Assembly (NCBI RefSeq): GCF_006345805.1
Contig: NC_043010.1
Coordinates: forward strand, 35,960,001 to 36,024,000
Direction of reading: 5' to 3'
Length of the DNA stretch: 64,000 nt
Source: Octopus sinensis
Lineage: Eukaryota
Shown here: one piece after another, positions 1 to 11,338 of the stretch
Numbering within the stretch: position 1 is the first letter of the stretch
Layout of the letters: every line of letters starts with the position of its first letter
Program-made: the position numbers and the translations under genes
Notes under the pieces: model-generated
Told to the model about the DNA's origin: nothing
Databases searched by the model: none
Seen by the model: the letters and a program-made list of their open reading frames with translations, nothing else

Positions 1-274
1 TTTCGCCCGGCATGCTAACACTTCTGCCAGCTCGCCGCCTTGAATACACACAAACATGTGTATTCAAGTACACATATGTGTACATACACACACACACTAC
101 AGAGCTCACAGAGAAGTCAGCAAACAACATCTTTTCTCTGTAGATTTCATGAAGAAAAGGCCCTAACTCTGAAATATTGAAATACCAAATAAAATTACTA
201 ACCATCAACCTGTATATAATTAAATTTTTTGACATACATTGTTTTGGCTTTGAGAAAGAATTCAAAAACATATA

Positions 275-498
275 TACGAAGAGGTGCTTAAAAGTTCCTG
301 GCTTTGAGTGAAAGAAAATACGAGGAGGATCAGTTAATTATGATTTTATTCAACATATTCTCTTCTCAGATTCACACACTCATTGCAGCAGTCCTTCAGT
401 TTTTCTAAGCCCTGTAAAAGAACTTGGAAGTTTGAGCTTCCAACCAGGCCTTTTGCAACACCCTTAAAGCCAGGAACTTTTCAGTACTCCCTCATGTA
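275..498. mobile_element. Mariner-type MITE
   Basis: TIRs tacgaagaggtgcttaaaagttcctggcttt / aaagccaggaacttttcagtactccctcatgta with TA ends. A partial TIR recurs near 34203-34240. Confidence 0.7.
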
Positions 499-504
499 TA
501 TATA

Positions 505-536
<32 letters not shown>

Positions 537-723
537 AGGGTCAAAACCTCCTTCAGTCATGAAAGACATTGGGATTTGCACCTAGAAGGTTACACTCCAA
601 GGCATAAGTCAGGGCAAGATTGTTCTATTTATTTTTTTATTAAGGATGACCAACAATGGTAGTGGTGGTGGTGGTGGTGGTAGTGAAGTGATATAGGAAA
701 TGACTGTGTTTGAATTGACTTAC

Positions 724-819
724 TCCTTGTGGAGAATTTATGACGCCACTGCCATAACCAAACATGAAGGATCCCATTGCTGATGCAACTATTGACAGGA
801 ATAACTTTGCAGTCAAAAA
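724..819 (-). CDS. SLC2A1-like: Internal coding exon (TM1) of a class-I facilitative glucose transporter, FLTAKLFLSIVASAMGSFMFGYGSGVINSPQG
   Basis: ctctttttcAG acceptor (821-820) and GTAAGT donor (723-718). 96 nt, phase 0/0. Matches the GLUT TM1 motif GS.(Q)FGY.(T)GVIN.PQ and the 96-nt phase-0 exon 2 of human SLC2A1. The family is clear; the exact paralogue is not. Confidence 0.9.
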
Positions 820-849
820 CTGAAAAAGAGAAACAAAAAAAAACATGAG

Positions 850-1110
850 AGAGTTGGGAGTTTTGAGAGAGACTAAGAGGAGGAGGAGGAGGAGGAGAGT
901 GAAATAGGGAGACTGAGAGAGTAAAAGATTAGAGAGAGAGTAAAAGATTAGAGTGAATTAGAGAGACTAAGAGCATAAAGGAAGAGAGTGAAATAGAGAG
1001 ACTGGGAATATGAAAGAGGAAAGTGAATTAGAGAGACTAAGAGCACAACAGAATAGAATGAAATAAGAAGATTGAGAGAGTGAAAAAAAGAGGGAGAGTA
1101 AAATTCAGAA
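850..1110. repeat. Purine-rich low-complexity tract (long pyrimidine tract on the gene strand just upstream of the exon 724-819 acceptor)
   Basis: GA-rich sequence with degenerate gtgaattagagagactaagagca units. Confidence 0.7.
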
Positions 1111-1354
1111 TCCAAAAAAATAACAATTGTCATTAGCATCAGACAAACAATCCATGGAAAACAGATGTTAAGTGGTGATGGTCACTCAATGTAAAGAATA
1201 ATTTAGTTAGCTTCACCCTCCCCCCTTGTACATACTGCTATGTAACTTTAATCCCATTTGCCATTGTGTACTTTTAATTTACTTTGCATAACAACCAATT
1301 GGTGAAATTCCCAATTTGGTATGGAGACTTAAGCCATTTTATTGTCTTTATACT

Positions 1355-1733
1355 CAGGCATGGCTGTGTGGTAAGAAGCTTGCTTTCCAACCACATGGTT
1401 CTGGGTTCAGTCCCACTGTGTGGCATCTTGGGTAAGTGTCTTCTGCTCTAGCCTCATGTCAAGCAAAGCCTTGTGAGTGGATTTGGTAGATGGAAACTGA
1501 AAGAAGCCCATTGTTGTGTGTCTTTGTGTCTGTGATCATTCCTATCCATCACCGCTTGACAACTGGTGTTGGTGTGTTAACATCCACATAACCTAGCGGT
1601 TCAGCAAACGAGACCAATAGAATAAGTACCAGGCCTAAAACAGTCCTGAGGTCAATTTATTCAACTAAAACCCCTCAAGGCAGTGCTCCAGCATGGTCAC
1701 AGTCAAATCACTGAAACAATAAGAAGAAAAGAA
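1355..1733 (+). mobile_element. tRNA-derived SINE family A (internal CA/TA microsatellite, gagtaaaa tail)
   Basis: Head ggctgtgtggtaag...ggttcagtcccactg, body gccttgtgagtggatttggtagacggaaactgaaagaagcc, tail ccagcatggccacagtcaaatgactgaaac. More than 15 copies in the window. Confidence 0.85.
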
Positions 1734-2400
1734 TGCACGTGAAAGTACATGGCCAAGTAGTTAGAGTGCTGCAGTCATGATTGTGAGATCATAGTTTCAA
1801 TTCCTGGATCAAGTGATGTATTTTATTCTTGAGCAAACACTTCATCTCATGTTGCTCTGTGATCACTTCAACACCTAACATGTGGCACATATATGCCACA
1901 TGTTCAGGCAACATTGATTTGATGGAGAGATTGAGCTAATTTGCATCACAAACGTTTGATCACTATAAACAAATAATTTGTGAAGGTCATTCAACAAGAA
2001 ATTTCTCAGACGAGAGAGTACCATCATACATACATCTAAAATGTTACTCTGTGAAACACTTAACATCCTTAGCCATGAGCAGATTTGACTCTCAGCTGTT
2101 TTATGTTATACTGTATATGCTCGCAGATAGGTCACACTTTTTTTACCAAAACTCAGGGATACGACTTATCCACTCACATCACATGGATCTGTAATAGACA
2201 GTGGTATATCAGCAGCCCAGGTGCACACCCTGGGCCTGGGCTTTTTAGTTTTCAGTTTTTCTAGGCGTTTTTCTTATCAAATTGAAACTTACCGTTTTTT
2301 TTTGTTTTTTTTTTGTTTTTTTTTTCGTTTTTTTAGTTGATTTATCAAGAAAGTCACTTCTGCAAAAATGTTTTAATATTTGGAAACAAAGTTTTGAATA

Positions 2401-3521
2401 TTTACTCGTTTACTCTTTTATTCTTTTACTTGTTTCAGTCATTTGACTATGGCCATGCTGGAGCACTGCCTTTAGTCAAGCAAATCGACCCCAGGACTTA
2501 TTCTTTGTAAGCCTAGTACTTATTCTATTGGTCTCTTCTGCCGAACCGCTAAGTTACGGGCACGTAAACACACCAGCATCGGTTGTCAAGCGATGTTGGG
2601 GGGGACAAATACAGACACACAAACATATATATATACACACAGAGAGGACCGATCAGGTAAAGGACCTAGGTATCTTGGTGGATTCCTCCTTTTCGCCTTC
2701 GGCCCAGTGCGTCCATGCTGCCAACAAAGCACGCGGAATTCTGTTCTTGATTCGACGGTCATATCGGAATGCTCACAGCAGCCATATTCCTACCACTCTA
2801 TGTCACGCTGGTGAGACCCATATTGGAGTATGGGATTCAAGCCTCTTCTCCTTATCTCTCCTCAAAGACATACAGCATCTCGAAGAGTCCAGAAGCTGGC
2901 TACCCGCATGGTTCATGGTCTCAAAAATTTGTCCTACGAAGAAAGGCTGAGGACGCTCGACCTTTATTCTCTTGAAAAACGCCACCGCCGTGGTGATCTC
3001 ATTCTCGCCCACAACATCATAAGCGGAAAGTGTAACCTCTCGAAAGAGCTGTTCTTCACTCCTGCTCCAGAGCGTCGGCTGCGGGGTCATTCTGAAAAGC
3101 TCTACCTGCGACGATTTCATCTCAATCGAAAGAGAGGAGCTTTCTCCGTCCGGGTTGCGGATCCGTGGAACAAGCTGCCAGACGAGATGGTGAAGATGCC
3201 GACAACCGCTTTGTTCAAAGCCTCCCTTGACCTCAAGTGGCCTGAACTCTTTACATGAACACCACCCTGTACTTAACTCCATGTCCCCCTACATGGCCTT
3301 GCTATTTGCTTTTGAGCCAAATTAACTAACTAACTAACTAACACACACACATATATACGATAGGCTTCTTTCAGTTTCCATCTACCAAGTCCACTCACAA
3401 GGCTTTGGTCGGCCCAAGGCTATAGTAGAAGACAATTGCCCAAGGTGCCATGCAGCGGGACTGAACCTGGAACCATGTGGTTTGTAAGCAAGCTACTTAC
3501 CACACCGCCACTCCTATGCCT
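2401..3521 (-). mobile_element. SINE family A interrupted by a CR1 LINE fragment
   Basis: Tail half 2401-2641 and head half 3343-3521 flank the CR1 at the internal microsatellite. Confidence 0.85.
2642..3342 (+). mobile_element. 5'-truncated CR1-clade LINE (C-terminal ORF2, 3' UTR, (CTAA)n tail)
   Basis: KDLGILVD...LVRPILEYG...ERVQKLATRMV...LEKRHRRGDLI...RLRGHSEKL...FSVRVADPWNKLP across about three frameshifts; terminal tandem repeat. Confidence 0.9.
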
Positions 3522-3685
3522 ATTTGATAATACTTAACAAATATTATTTATAATTTCATTAAAAGGTCCATGTAACTCCCCAGATTATAGTGCAACCTAT
3601 CTGTGAGTCAACTGCAAATACCTACTTTGATAATCCCAAACTAAGGGTAGGACCTATCCATGAGTATATACGGTAGTTATCAAAG

Positions 3686-3915
3686 TATTCAGGGACCTTT
3701 TGAGCAGGATGGGCAACTCATCCTGAAGAAAATTCTAACCGGGCCCCACCTTCAAGGTCATGCACTGTTTATCTTGATACGAGATCACCATGATGCATGT
3801 GACTGGTGTACCCTTATCAGACATGTAGCCATGATGGGTATACTGGGCTTCGTATATATTTTACCCCAGTGTCACTTTGATGGCATGCACTGCTCTCTCA
3901 CTCAGTAATAATAAT
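3686..3915 (+). mobile_element. 3' part of an unclassified TAA-tailed non-autonomous repeat (element X)
   Basis: Reverse complement of 13891-14130; ends ctctctcactcagtaataataat. Confidence 0.75.
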
Positions 3916-3939
3916 GGTTTCAAATTTTTGGAACAAAGC

Positions 3940-4090
3940 ACTTATTTTACCAGCCCAAAAGGATGAAACTTGAAGTCAACCTTGGAATTTGATCTCAGAA
4001 CATAAAAGCTCGATGAAATACGACTAATCATTTTGCCCAGTATGTTAATGATTTTGCCCAGCATGTTAACGATTCTGCCAGCTCACTACC
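3940..4090 (-). mobile_element. SINE family B (Meta-domain-like)
   Basis: Degenerate reverse complement of 5371-5600. Confidence 0.7.
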
Positions 4091-5370
4091 TTAGCTCACC
4101 ATCTTAATGACCTTAATGATAATAAGTAAATGTGTAGCAGATGGTGACAATCACTAGCCACCTGTTAGTGGAGTGGAGTGTTGTGGTGCACTGTTGTGGA
4201 CAGTTAAGAAGTGGGCTGTAGGGATATGGTTGTGCTTGTTTCCATGTGTGTTTGTTTGCATCTGTTAGATAAGAGGTGAGGTGGGATGTTAAGACATGTA
4301 TATATGTATATGTCACATCTGAGGGTAAGTGAAGAAGGTTATAATGTGCGTGACATTTCCTAATAGTTTTCTATTAAAAAAAAAAAAAGCAAATTGCTTG
4401 GCTGCAGCACTTCAGAACGAATAAGGATTTGCAGACCGACTGGAGATTGCCAGCAACTTTTTATAGCATCTTATCTTTAATATAGGTATATTTGTATGAT
4501 GGTATTAATTTTTGTTATTAATAAACCTGGACAAGGCCAGGCACTGCTACTTGTATATGTAAAAGTGTATATACATATATAAAGAGAGGAGGGGAAAGAG
4601 AGAGAGGACAGAGAGAGAGAGTAGAAAGGAAATGGAAAGAGTGGAGAGAAAAAGAGGACAGAGAGAGAGAGAGTAGAAAGGAGAGGGAAAGAGAGAGAGG
4701 GAGAGACAGTCACCATGCAAAACTTATTTGTATTAGACAGACAGATGGATGGATAAATAGATAGATGGATAAATAAATAGATGGACAGATCGATGGATCG
4801 ATGGATGGAAATACACACACACACACACACACACACACAGATATATATTACACAAAATAAATGCATGGTCATCATCCAGAATCTAATAACTAAACTTGTA
4901 TCAATATGTGTGTGTGTGTTGTGTGTGTGGAGAAGGAGAGAGAGACAAATGCAGTGACCATGCAAATTCTAATAAACTTGTATGTATGTATACAAAATAA
5001 ATGCATGGCCATCACACAGGATCAAATGATTAAACTTGCATTAATGTGTGTGTGTAAAGAGAGAGAGGGGAAGAGAGAAAGAGAGAGAGTTGGAGAAAGA
5101 GAGAGAAAGAAAGTAAGACAAAGAGACGTGTGTGTGTGCGTGTGTGTGAGTATTGACACAATAGTTGCATTGTCACCACACACAATCTAATAAATTGTCA
5201 GCAAAATAAATGCATGATCACCACAGAGCATCTGATAATTAATACTGTCAGTATAATTCAAAAACATTGATTGCTTTTGGGACACTGCGCACGTGTGTGT
5301 GTGTGTGTGTGTGTGGTGTGTGTGTGTGTGTGTGTGTGCGCATGTGTGTGTGGTAGGTATATGTAGGAAA

Positions 5371-5600
5371 GGCTGCGAGCTGGCAGAATCGTTAGCGCGC
5401 CGGGTGAAATGCTTAGCGGTATTTCATCTGTCGCTACGTTTGGAGTTCAAATTCCGCCGAGGTCGACTTTACCTTTCATCTTTTCGGGGTCGATAAACTA
5501 AGTACCAGTTGCGCACTGGGGTCGATATAATCGACTTAATCCGTTTGTCTGTCCTTGTTTGTCCCTTCAGTGTTTAGCCCCTTGTGGGTAGTAAAGAAAT
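5371..5600 (+). mobile_element. SINE family B with MetaSINE-like central domain
   Basis: tRNA-like head gagctggcagaatcgttag...gttcaaattccgccgagg, then gtcgactttacctttcatcttttcggggtcgataaactaagtacc, resembling the Meta domain. Other copies at 1-45, 19793-19970, 40706-40866, 46730-46930, 63820-64000. Confidence 0.75.
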
Positions 5601-5625
5601 AGGTAGGTAGGAAAGTCAGGAATGA

Positions 5626-6006
5626 GGTGCAGGAGTGGCGGTGTGGTAAGTAGCTTGCTTACCAATCACATGGTTCCGGGTTCAGTCCCACTGCGTGGCA
5701 CCTTGGGCAAAGTGTCTTCTACTATAACCTCAGGCTGACAAAAGCCTTGTGAGTGGATTTGGTAGACGGAAACTGAAAGAAGCCTGTTGTATATATGTAT
5801 GTGTGTGTGTTTGTCCCCCCAACATCACTTAACAACCGATGCTGGTGTGTTTATGACCCCATAACTTAGCTGTTTGGCAAAAGAGACCGATAGAATAAGT
5901 ACTAGGCTTACGAAGAATAAGTCCTGGGGTCGATTTGCTCGACTAAAGGTGATGCTCCAGCATGGCCACAGTCAAAATGACTGAAACAACTAAAAGAGTA
6001 AAAGAA
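5626..6006 (+). mobile_element. SINE family A, full length
   Basis: Complete head, body and tail. Confidence 0.9.
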
Positions 6007-6669
6007 TATTGTATAAGTATAACTAATTTACTACACTTAAAAATTTTAATATCAAAATCTTATATGGACCCCTAAGGTTCACATGGCCCTTGTTTGAGAA
6101 CCACTGATTTAGTTACTCAAGATAGAAAGAATAAAAACGAAAGGGTCTGGAGCACCTTTAATTCTAGGTCAACAGAAGCAATAAGAACAACTTTAAAATC
6201 ATGCAAAATAGACACAGGCAACGGGATGACCATATTTCCTGAGAGCAATTCTTGTATGTCCACTTGTCAATAAGACACTCACCACTTTGGGACTAAATCT
6301 AAATACCTTCAAAGCCGCAAGAGTGTACAGAGAGCTAATAAAAAGCAGCTGGTGATAGATAAACAAACTACAATGTACAAACATCGCATATCATTTGCCA
6401 GAGTGACAAAAACAATATGGAATGGATTAATTAGATATAGCACAAGAGATGTGAACAACTAAGGAGTGAAATTCAACAGCTCGACATAACTTGATTACTA
6501 ACACAATTTCAATAATCAGAATTTCCTTATACAATATGAGAAAAATGTAAGACTGTACATACATACATACACATACACACACATGCACACCCACACAAAT
6601 AACATATATTTATAAACATGCATGTATATGTGAACATATGGTTGTGAGTTTCAACCATATGCTCATATA

Positions 6670-6710
<41 letters not shown>

Positions 6711-6714
6711 TAGG

Positions 6715-6827
6715 GATGGTATTATTAACCACTAAGTTACGGGGTCATAAACACACCACCATCGGTTGTCAATCAAGCGATGTTAGGGGGGGACAAACAC
6801 AGACACCAAACATATACACACAAACAT

Positions 6828-6868
<41 letters not shown>

Positions 6869-7066
6869 ATATATATATATATATATACATACATACACAT
6901 ATATATGATGGACTTCTTTCAGTTTCTATCTACTAAATTCACTCACAAGGCTTTGGTCGGCCCGAGGCTATAGAAGAAGACACTTGCCCAAGGTGCCACA
7001 CAGTGGGATTGAACCTGGAACCATGTGGTTGGGAAGCAAGCTACTTACCACACAGCCACTCCAGCC
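6715..7066 (-). mobile_element. SINE family A, tail truncated
   Basis: Reverse complement of the family A sequence. Confidence 0.85.
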
Positions 7067-7109
7067 TTTTGTAGAATAATTCTGAAATTACAGCCTCTAA
7101 TTTCTAAGT

Positions 7110-7300
7110 GGAGGGACATGGCTTAGTGGTTAAGGTGTTGGACTCATGCTCATAAGATTGTGGTTTCGATTCCTGAACTTGGTGATGCTTTGTGTTTTTG
7201 AGCAAAACACTCCATTCCATGCTGTTCCACTTTTCACTCAACTGGCAAAAATGAGTAATCCTGTGATAGTGTTTCATCCAGAGAGGGATATACAAGCCAG
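7110..7300 (+). mobile_element. SINE family D (tRNA head, CORE-like and V-like domains)
   Basis: tggcttagtggttaagg...ggtttcgattcc head. Related copies at 1738-2010, 37010-37230(-), 39490-39710(-), 45477-45710(+). Confidence 0.7.
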
Positions 7301-8030
7301 AGGAACCAAGAAATTGGACCTATGCTCCTTATGGAATAATGTGGACTAACCAATTCCTAAGTAGGTCTCAATCCAATCTTCAATCTGTGATGACCACAAC
7401 ACTTGGCACTACTAAGCGAAAAGACAAAGATTGGATCTCGGGCCGAACAATCAAAATTGCTGAAAATGTGAAACAAACTCGATGCAACCAATCTGATACC
7501 TTCAGACAACTGTGCTGTGAAGCTGCTCATTCTGCCCGCGCTGATTGAAATAAATTCTGGAGGATGGTGGCTAAAGACATGGAACGCACCACAACTGCTG
7601 GGGACTCCTGTAAGTTCTACAGCCTCCTTTGATCGAGCACAAAGACAGCCTGGAGTGGTAACGAAACCATTGTGGACCAGAATGGCGATCCCATCACCAA
7701 TCTCACTGAGTGCATCATCCGCTGGAGAGACCATTTCGCCAATCTGCCGAACCATGACTACCAGCCCCCACCTTATCTGCTCTTTAAATCAATGCGATCC
7801 CAACCTTATATAACTGCCAAACAGCTCCCCCATGCTTGAAGAGGTCCTTTCTGTTATCAGAAAGCTCAAAAATAACAAAGCTGCCAGTGAAGATAACATT
7901 CCTGCTGAGATCCTCAAGCATAGTGCAAATAGGCTGGGGCCTGCCATTCACCAAGGTTTGGGGGAGGTCTCCAGCAAGACTGAATGGCTTTCCACCTATG
8001 GCTGTACCCATGATATTGACCAAAGTGGTT
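7300..8030 (+). mobile_element. Decayed RTE-clade LINE ORF fragment (linker and start of RT)
   Basis: KDWISGRTIKI...CEAAHSARAD and LEEVLSVIRKLKNNKAASEDNIPAEILK, with stops and frameshifts. Confidence 0.8.
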
Positions 8031-8832
8031 CTCAGATAGTTCCACCATTCACTGTGTAATTTGTTGAAAACATAAATAAGAATTAATATTCGATGATAAT
8101 TATATTTGTGTGGACATGCAGCAAGATTTGTCTGAACCTGTTGAATGCCTGCTGATTGTGTAAGTGCTTTTAAGCAGATAATTAAATTTAATAGAACATT
8201 GTTTTTAAAGCTACTTATTATGTCATATATGTTGATCTATTGTGTGTGTGTGTGTGTGAGAGAGGGTGATAGTGTGTGTGCATGCATGTATACACCCACA
8301 TACACATATGTATACACACCTAAATACATAGATATGAACAAACACACAGAAACACAACCATTCTGTCACACACATATACATGAGTGTGTGTATGTATATA
8401 TATATATATATACATACAGGGTGGTACATGATTGTGTGTGTGTATGTATATATATGTGTATATATGTATATATATGTGTACATATATATACATATATATA
8501 TAAACATAAACATATATATATATATACATACATATATTGGAGTCTCACAGGCAGTTGTTATATCTTTTTACACCCTATATATATATATTGACTGTAAAAA
8601 ACGTAACTGCCTGTGAGACTCTATGGGAAATGTCAAGAATTCCAACAAGATGGTAACTATGGGAGACAGAAGAAACATTAACCAAACTTGGCAATTAATA
8701 TTCCTACAAGTATCCCGACCTGCAGTGCAAAATGGCAGGATCCAAATGCCACATGAAAAAATGAATTTAAAAATATAAATAAAACCCTACAAATCACTAA
8801 AACTAAAAAAGTTCCTCTGCAAATTTTTCTAG

Positions 8833-9230
8833 ATGCAGCCGTGGCTGTGTGGTAAGAAATCTGCTTTGTAACCACATGGTTACAGGTTCAGTCCCATTGC
8901 ATGGCATCTTGATCAAGTGCCTTCTACTATATCCCTGGGCCAACCAAAGCCTTGTGAGTGGATTTGGTAGATGAAAACTGAAAGAAGGCAAGTGTGTGTG
9001 TGTGTGTATGTGGCTTTGTGTCTGTCCCCACTAACCCCACTTAACAACTGATGTTGGTGTGTTTAAGTCCCTATAACTTAGCAGTTCATCAAAAGAGACC
9101 AATAGAATAAGTACCAGGTTTTGAAAAAAAAAAAAAATATAGAGCTCGGATCAATTCATTCAACTAAAATTCTTTAGGGCGGTGCCTCAGCTTGGCCACA
9201 GTCTAATGATTGAACCAAATGAAAGATATC
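8833..9230 (+). mobile_element. SINE family A
   Basis: Family A head, body and tail. Confidence 0.8.
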
Positions 9231-9512
9231 GAAAACTAAACTGATGTTCTGCTGTTGGCTCATGGATTAAGAGATCAACAGAAACAGCTTTTGAAAAAAT
9301 TATCAGGTTTTAGAAAGCTACAATAAGAACAGCTGAACCCTTTAGCACAGTGGTTCCCAACCAGGGTCCATAAGACCCGTAGAGGTCCGTATAAGATTTT
9401 GCTGTTAAAATTTATATGGAATAAATTGGTTATAGTTCTACAATACACAAAATATTTCAACAATTTTTTTAAGCAATCCCTAATAAGATTTAATTATAAA
9501 AGTATAATAAGA

Positions 9513-10511
9513 CTAGCAGTATAGCCCGGCATTGCTCAGGTTTGTTTTTTAGTTGCGCTTAAAATGGCAGACTTTGATGTCACGCTAAGAGTTGCTGAAG
9601 CATGGAACAAACTGCCAGCATAAGTTGTTAGTTGTCGGAGCACTGCATCCTTCAAAACTTCCATGCTTCCTGAGATTCACCAACACTACACCTGATTTTC
9701 TCCCCTCCATACACACGCAAGCATGTATCTGACTCATACACTGTTCACTTTCCAGACATTTGTACATTATTGCATATACTTTATACACACTTTTGACAAG
9801 TTATGGTGCACCTGAGCACTGTATACAATAATTTCATTATTATTATTATTAACAAAGTTTTGACATAGTTTCAATCTATGAATAAAAGTTTAGTGTGGTG
9901 ATGCTCAAGTTTGCTCTGAATATGCTGCAAATGTGTAATGCTGACTTCAATTGTTGGTATTGTAGGTTAATATTCCTTCTATTAACATTATGGAGAAAAA
10001 AAATTACCCGTAGATTTAAAGCAAAATGAAGCTCAAGTTTTGAACTGCACTGAAAATCTATTAAGAAGTTAACACTGCAACAGTATTCATTAAGAAAAAG
10101 TACAGGAAAATCCATCGATCACTCAAAACCAATGACATCACAAAAAAATTATTTTCGACCCTTTAGAATTGGAATTTTTGAAAAGTAAAAATTTTGCATT
10201 ATGTAGCTTGTCATTCTCTTTAAGAGAACATTTTTCTGGTTGAAATATACCGAAAAATAGCGACACAACAGTAAAAAAATCGTAAAAAATAGGGATTTTC
10301 ATAGAAAAAAAGCACCTTTTTGATGTAAATAATTTTTGGTCTTAACATGGTCCAATTTAATTGTTTCTTCTACAGAATGAAGAGCAAGCCTTCTTCTATC
10401 ATACTCTCAATTTTGGTCAACCTGCACCACTGGGTCTCAGTGGAGATAGTGTTAGTTGAAGGCTAGCAAACCTGCTACACACAGACAACTTCAGCTTTAT
10501 ATATATATAGA
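9513..10511 (-). mobile_element. Non-autonomous Helitron
   Basis: Minus strand A|TCTATATATATA... gagcaatgccgggctatactgCTAG|T: canonical 5'-TC, 3'-CTAG, subterminal GC-rich motif and AT target. Confidence 0.75.
9588..9850 (+). mobile_element. CR1-like LINE 3' end with (ATT)n tail
   Basis: RVAEAWNKLPA*VVSCRSTASFKTSM followed by a UTR and ATT repeats. Confidence 0.7.
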
Positions 10512-10720
10512 TTCTTAACACATTGAATAGCTATGAGGCTCCTGTAGAGTAAAATGGGAATTAAAGAGGTCCATATGGGAAAAATGGTTGAGAAACACTG
10601 CTTTAGCATTTTTTATGTTCAAACTGGTCAGATCTAACCCTTCACAACTACCCTACAATGTCATTCTAAAAGTAAACTGACCATCATCAAAATTTTGAAG
10701 CTATGGGACAATGCATGATT

Positions 10721-11017
10721 AGACAGATATTTGTCCTCATCTTGTTTGTTGCTAACACAACGTTTTGGCTGATATACCCTCCAGCCTTCATCGGGTGTCT
10801 TGGGGGAATTTCAAACCTGGGTTCTCATTCGTAAGGTATTTTCTATGTTGTTGTTGTTATTATTATTATATTATTCAGGTCACTGCCTGAAATCGAACTT
10901 GGAATCTTGGGAGCATACGGCGTAGTGGTTAAGAGCACAGGCTACTAACCCCAAAATTCCGAGTTCAATTCCAGGCAATGACCTGAATAATAATAATAAT
11001 AATAAAATAATAATAAT
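10721..11017. mobile_element. Rearranged tRNA-headed hammerhead-bearing SINE with 11-bp TSD
   Basis: Body matches 13690-13850; TSD aatgcatgatt at 10710-10720 and 11018-11028; inverted second head at 10912-10990. Confidence 0.75.
10754..10799 (-). ncRNA. Hammerhead ribozyme motif, core-mutated copy
   Basis: GACAC CCGATGA A GGCTG...CAGCC AAAA CG TT GTGTT: U4C and G12A relative to the 13728-13773 copy. Confidence 0.55.
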
Positions 11018-11338
11018 AATGCATGATTAATTGAAACGATGTGAATTAATAAACATTATATTTGATAGAACAATCTGAATGCTAAAGGGTTAAAAACCCC
11101 AACAAATTAACTACAGCTGCAGACTATTTATCACAACCACAAACATCACACATAAAAGAAGAGTGAGGAAAAAAAATACATTTAGGACAAGTGGCTTTTT
11201 AAGGGAACTAATAACTCTGCTGCTACCATTGATGTTATGTTACATAACACTGAATATATGTTGTGACAGCTGAAGAGTATTGATATAGCGCAGGTTGTTG
11301 GGAGAGAGGAAGGAGGGCAGGATTAGTGATGATAATAG

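Larger units (their letters stand above)
9348..10600. mobile_element. hAT-type MITE with 8-bp TSD, itself interrupted
   Basis: TIRs cagtggttcccaacc / ggttgagaaacactg; TSD CTTTAGCA at 9340-9347 and 10601-10608. Confidence 0.8.
9336..11093. mobile_element. piggyBac-like MITE split by nested insertions
   Basis: Ends aaccctttagca...ctaaagggTTAA; matches the uninterrupted family member at 44067-44282. Confidence 0.65.

Noticed and set aside
640-846. Whole 68-aa ORF as a gene
   Set aside because: Only 724-819 is GLUT-like and bounded by splice sites; the rest is intronic read-through.
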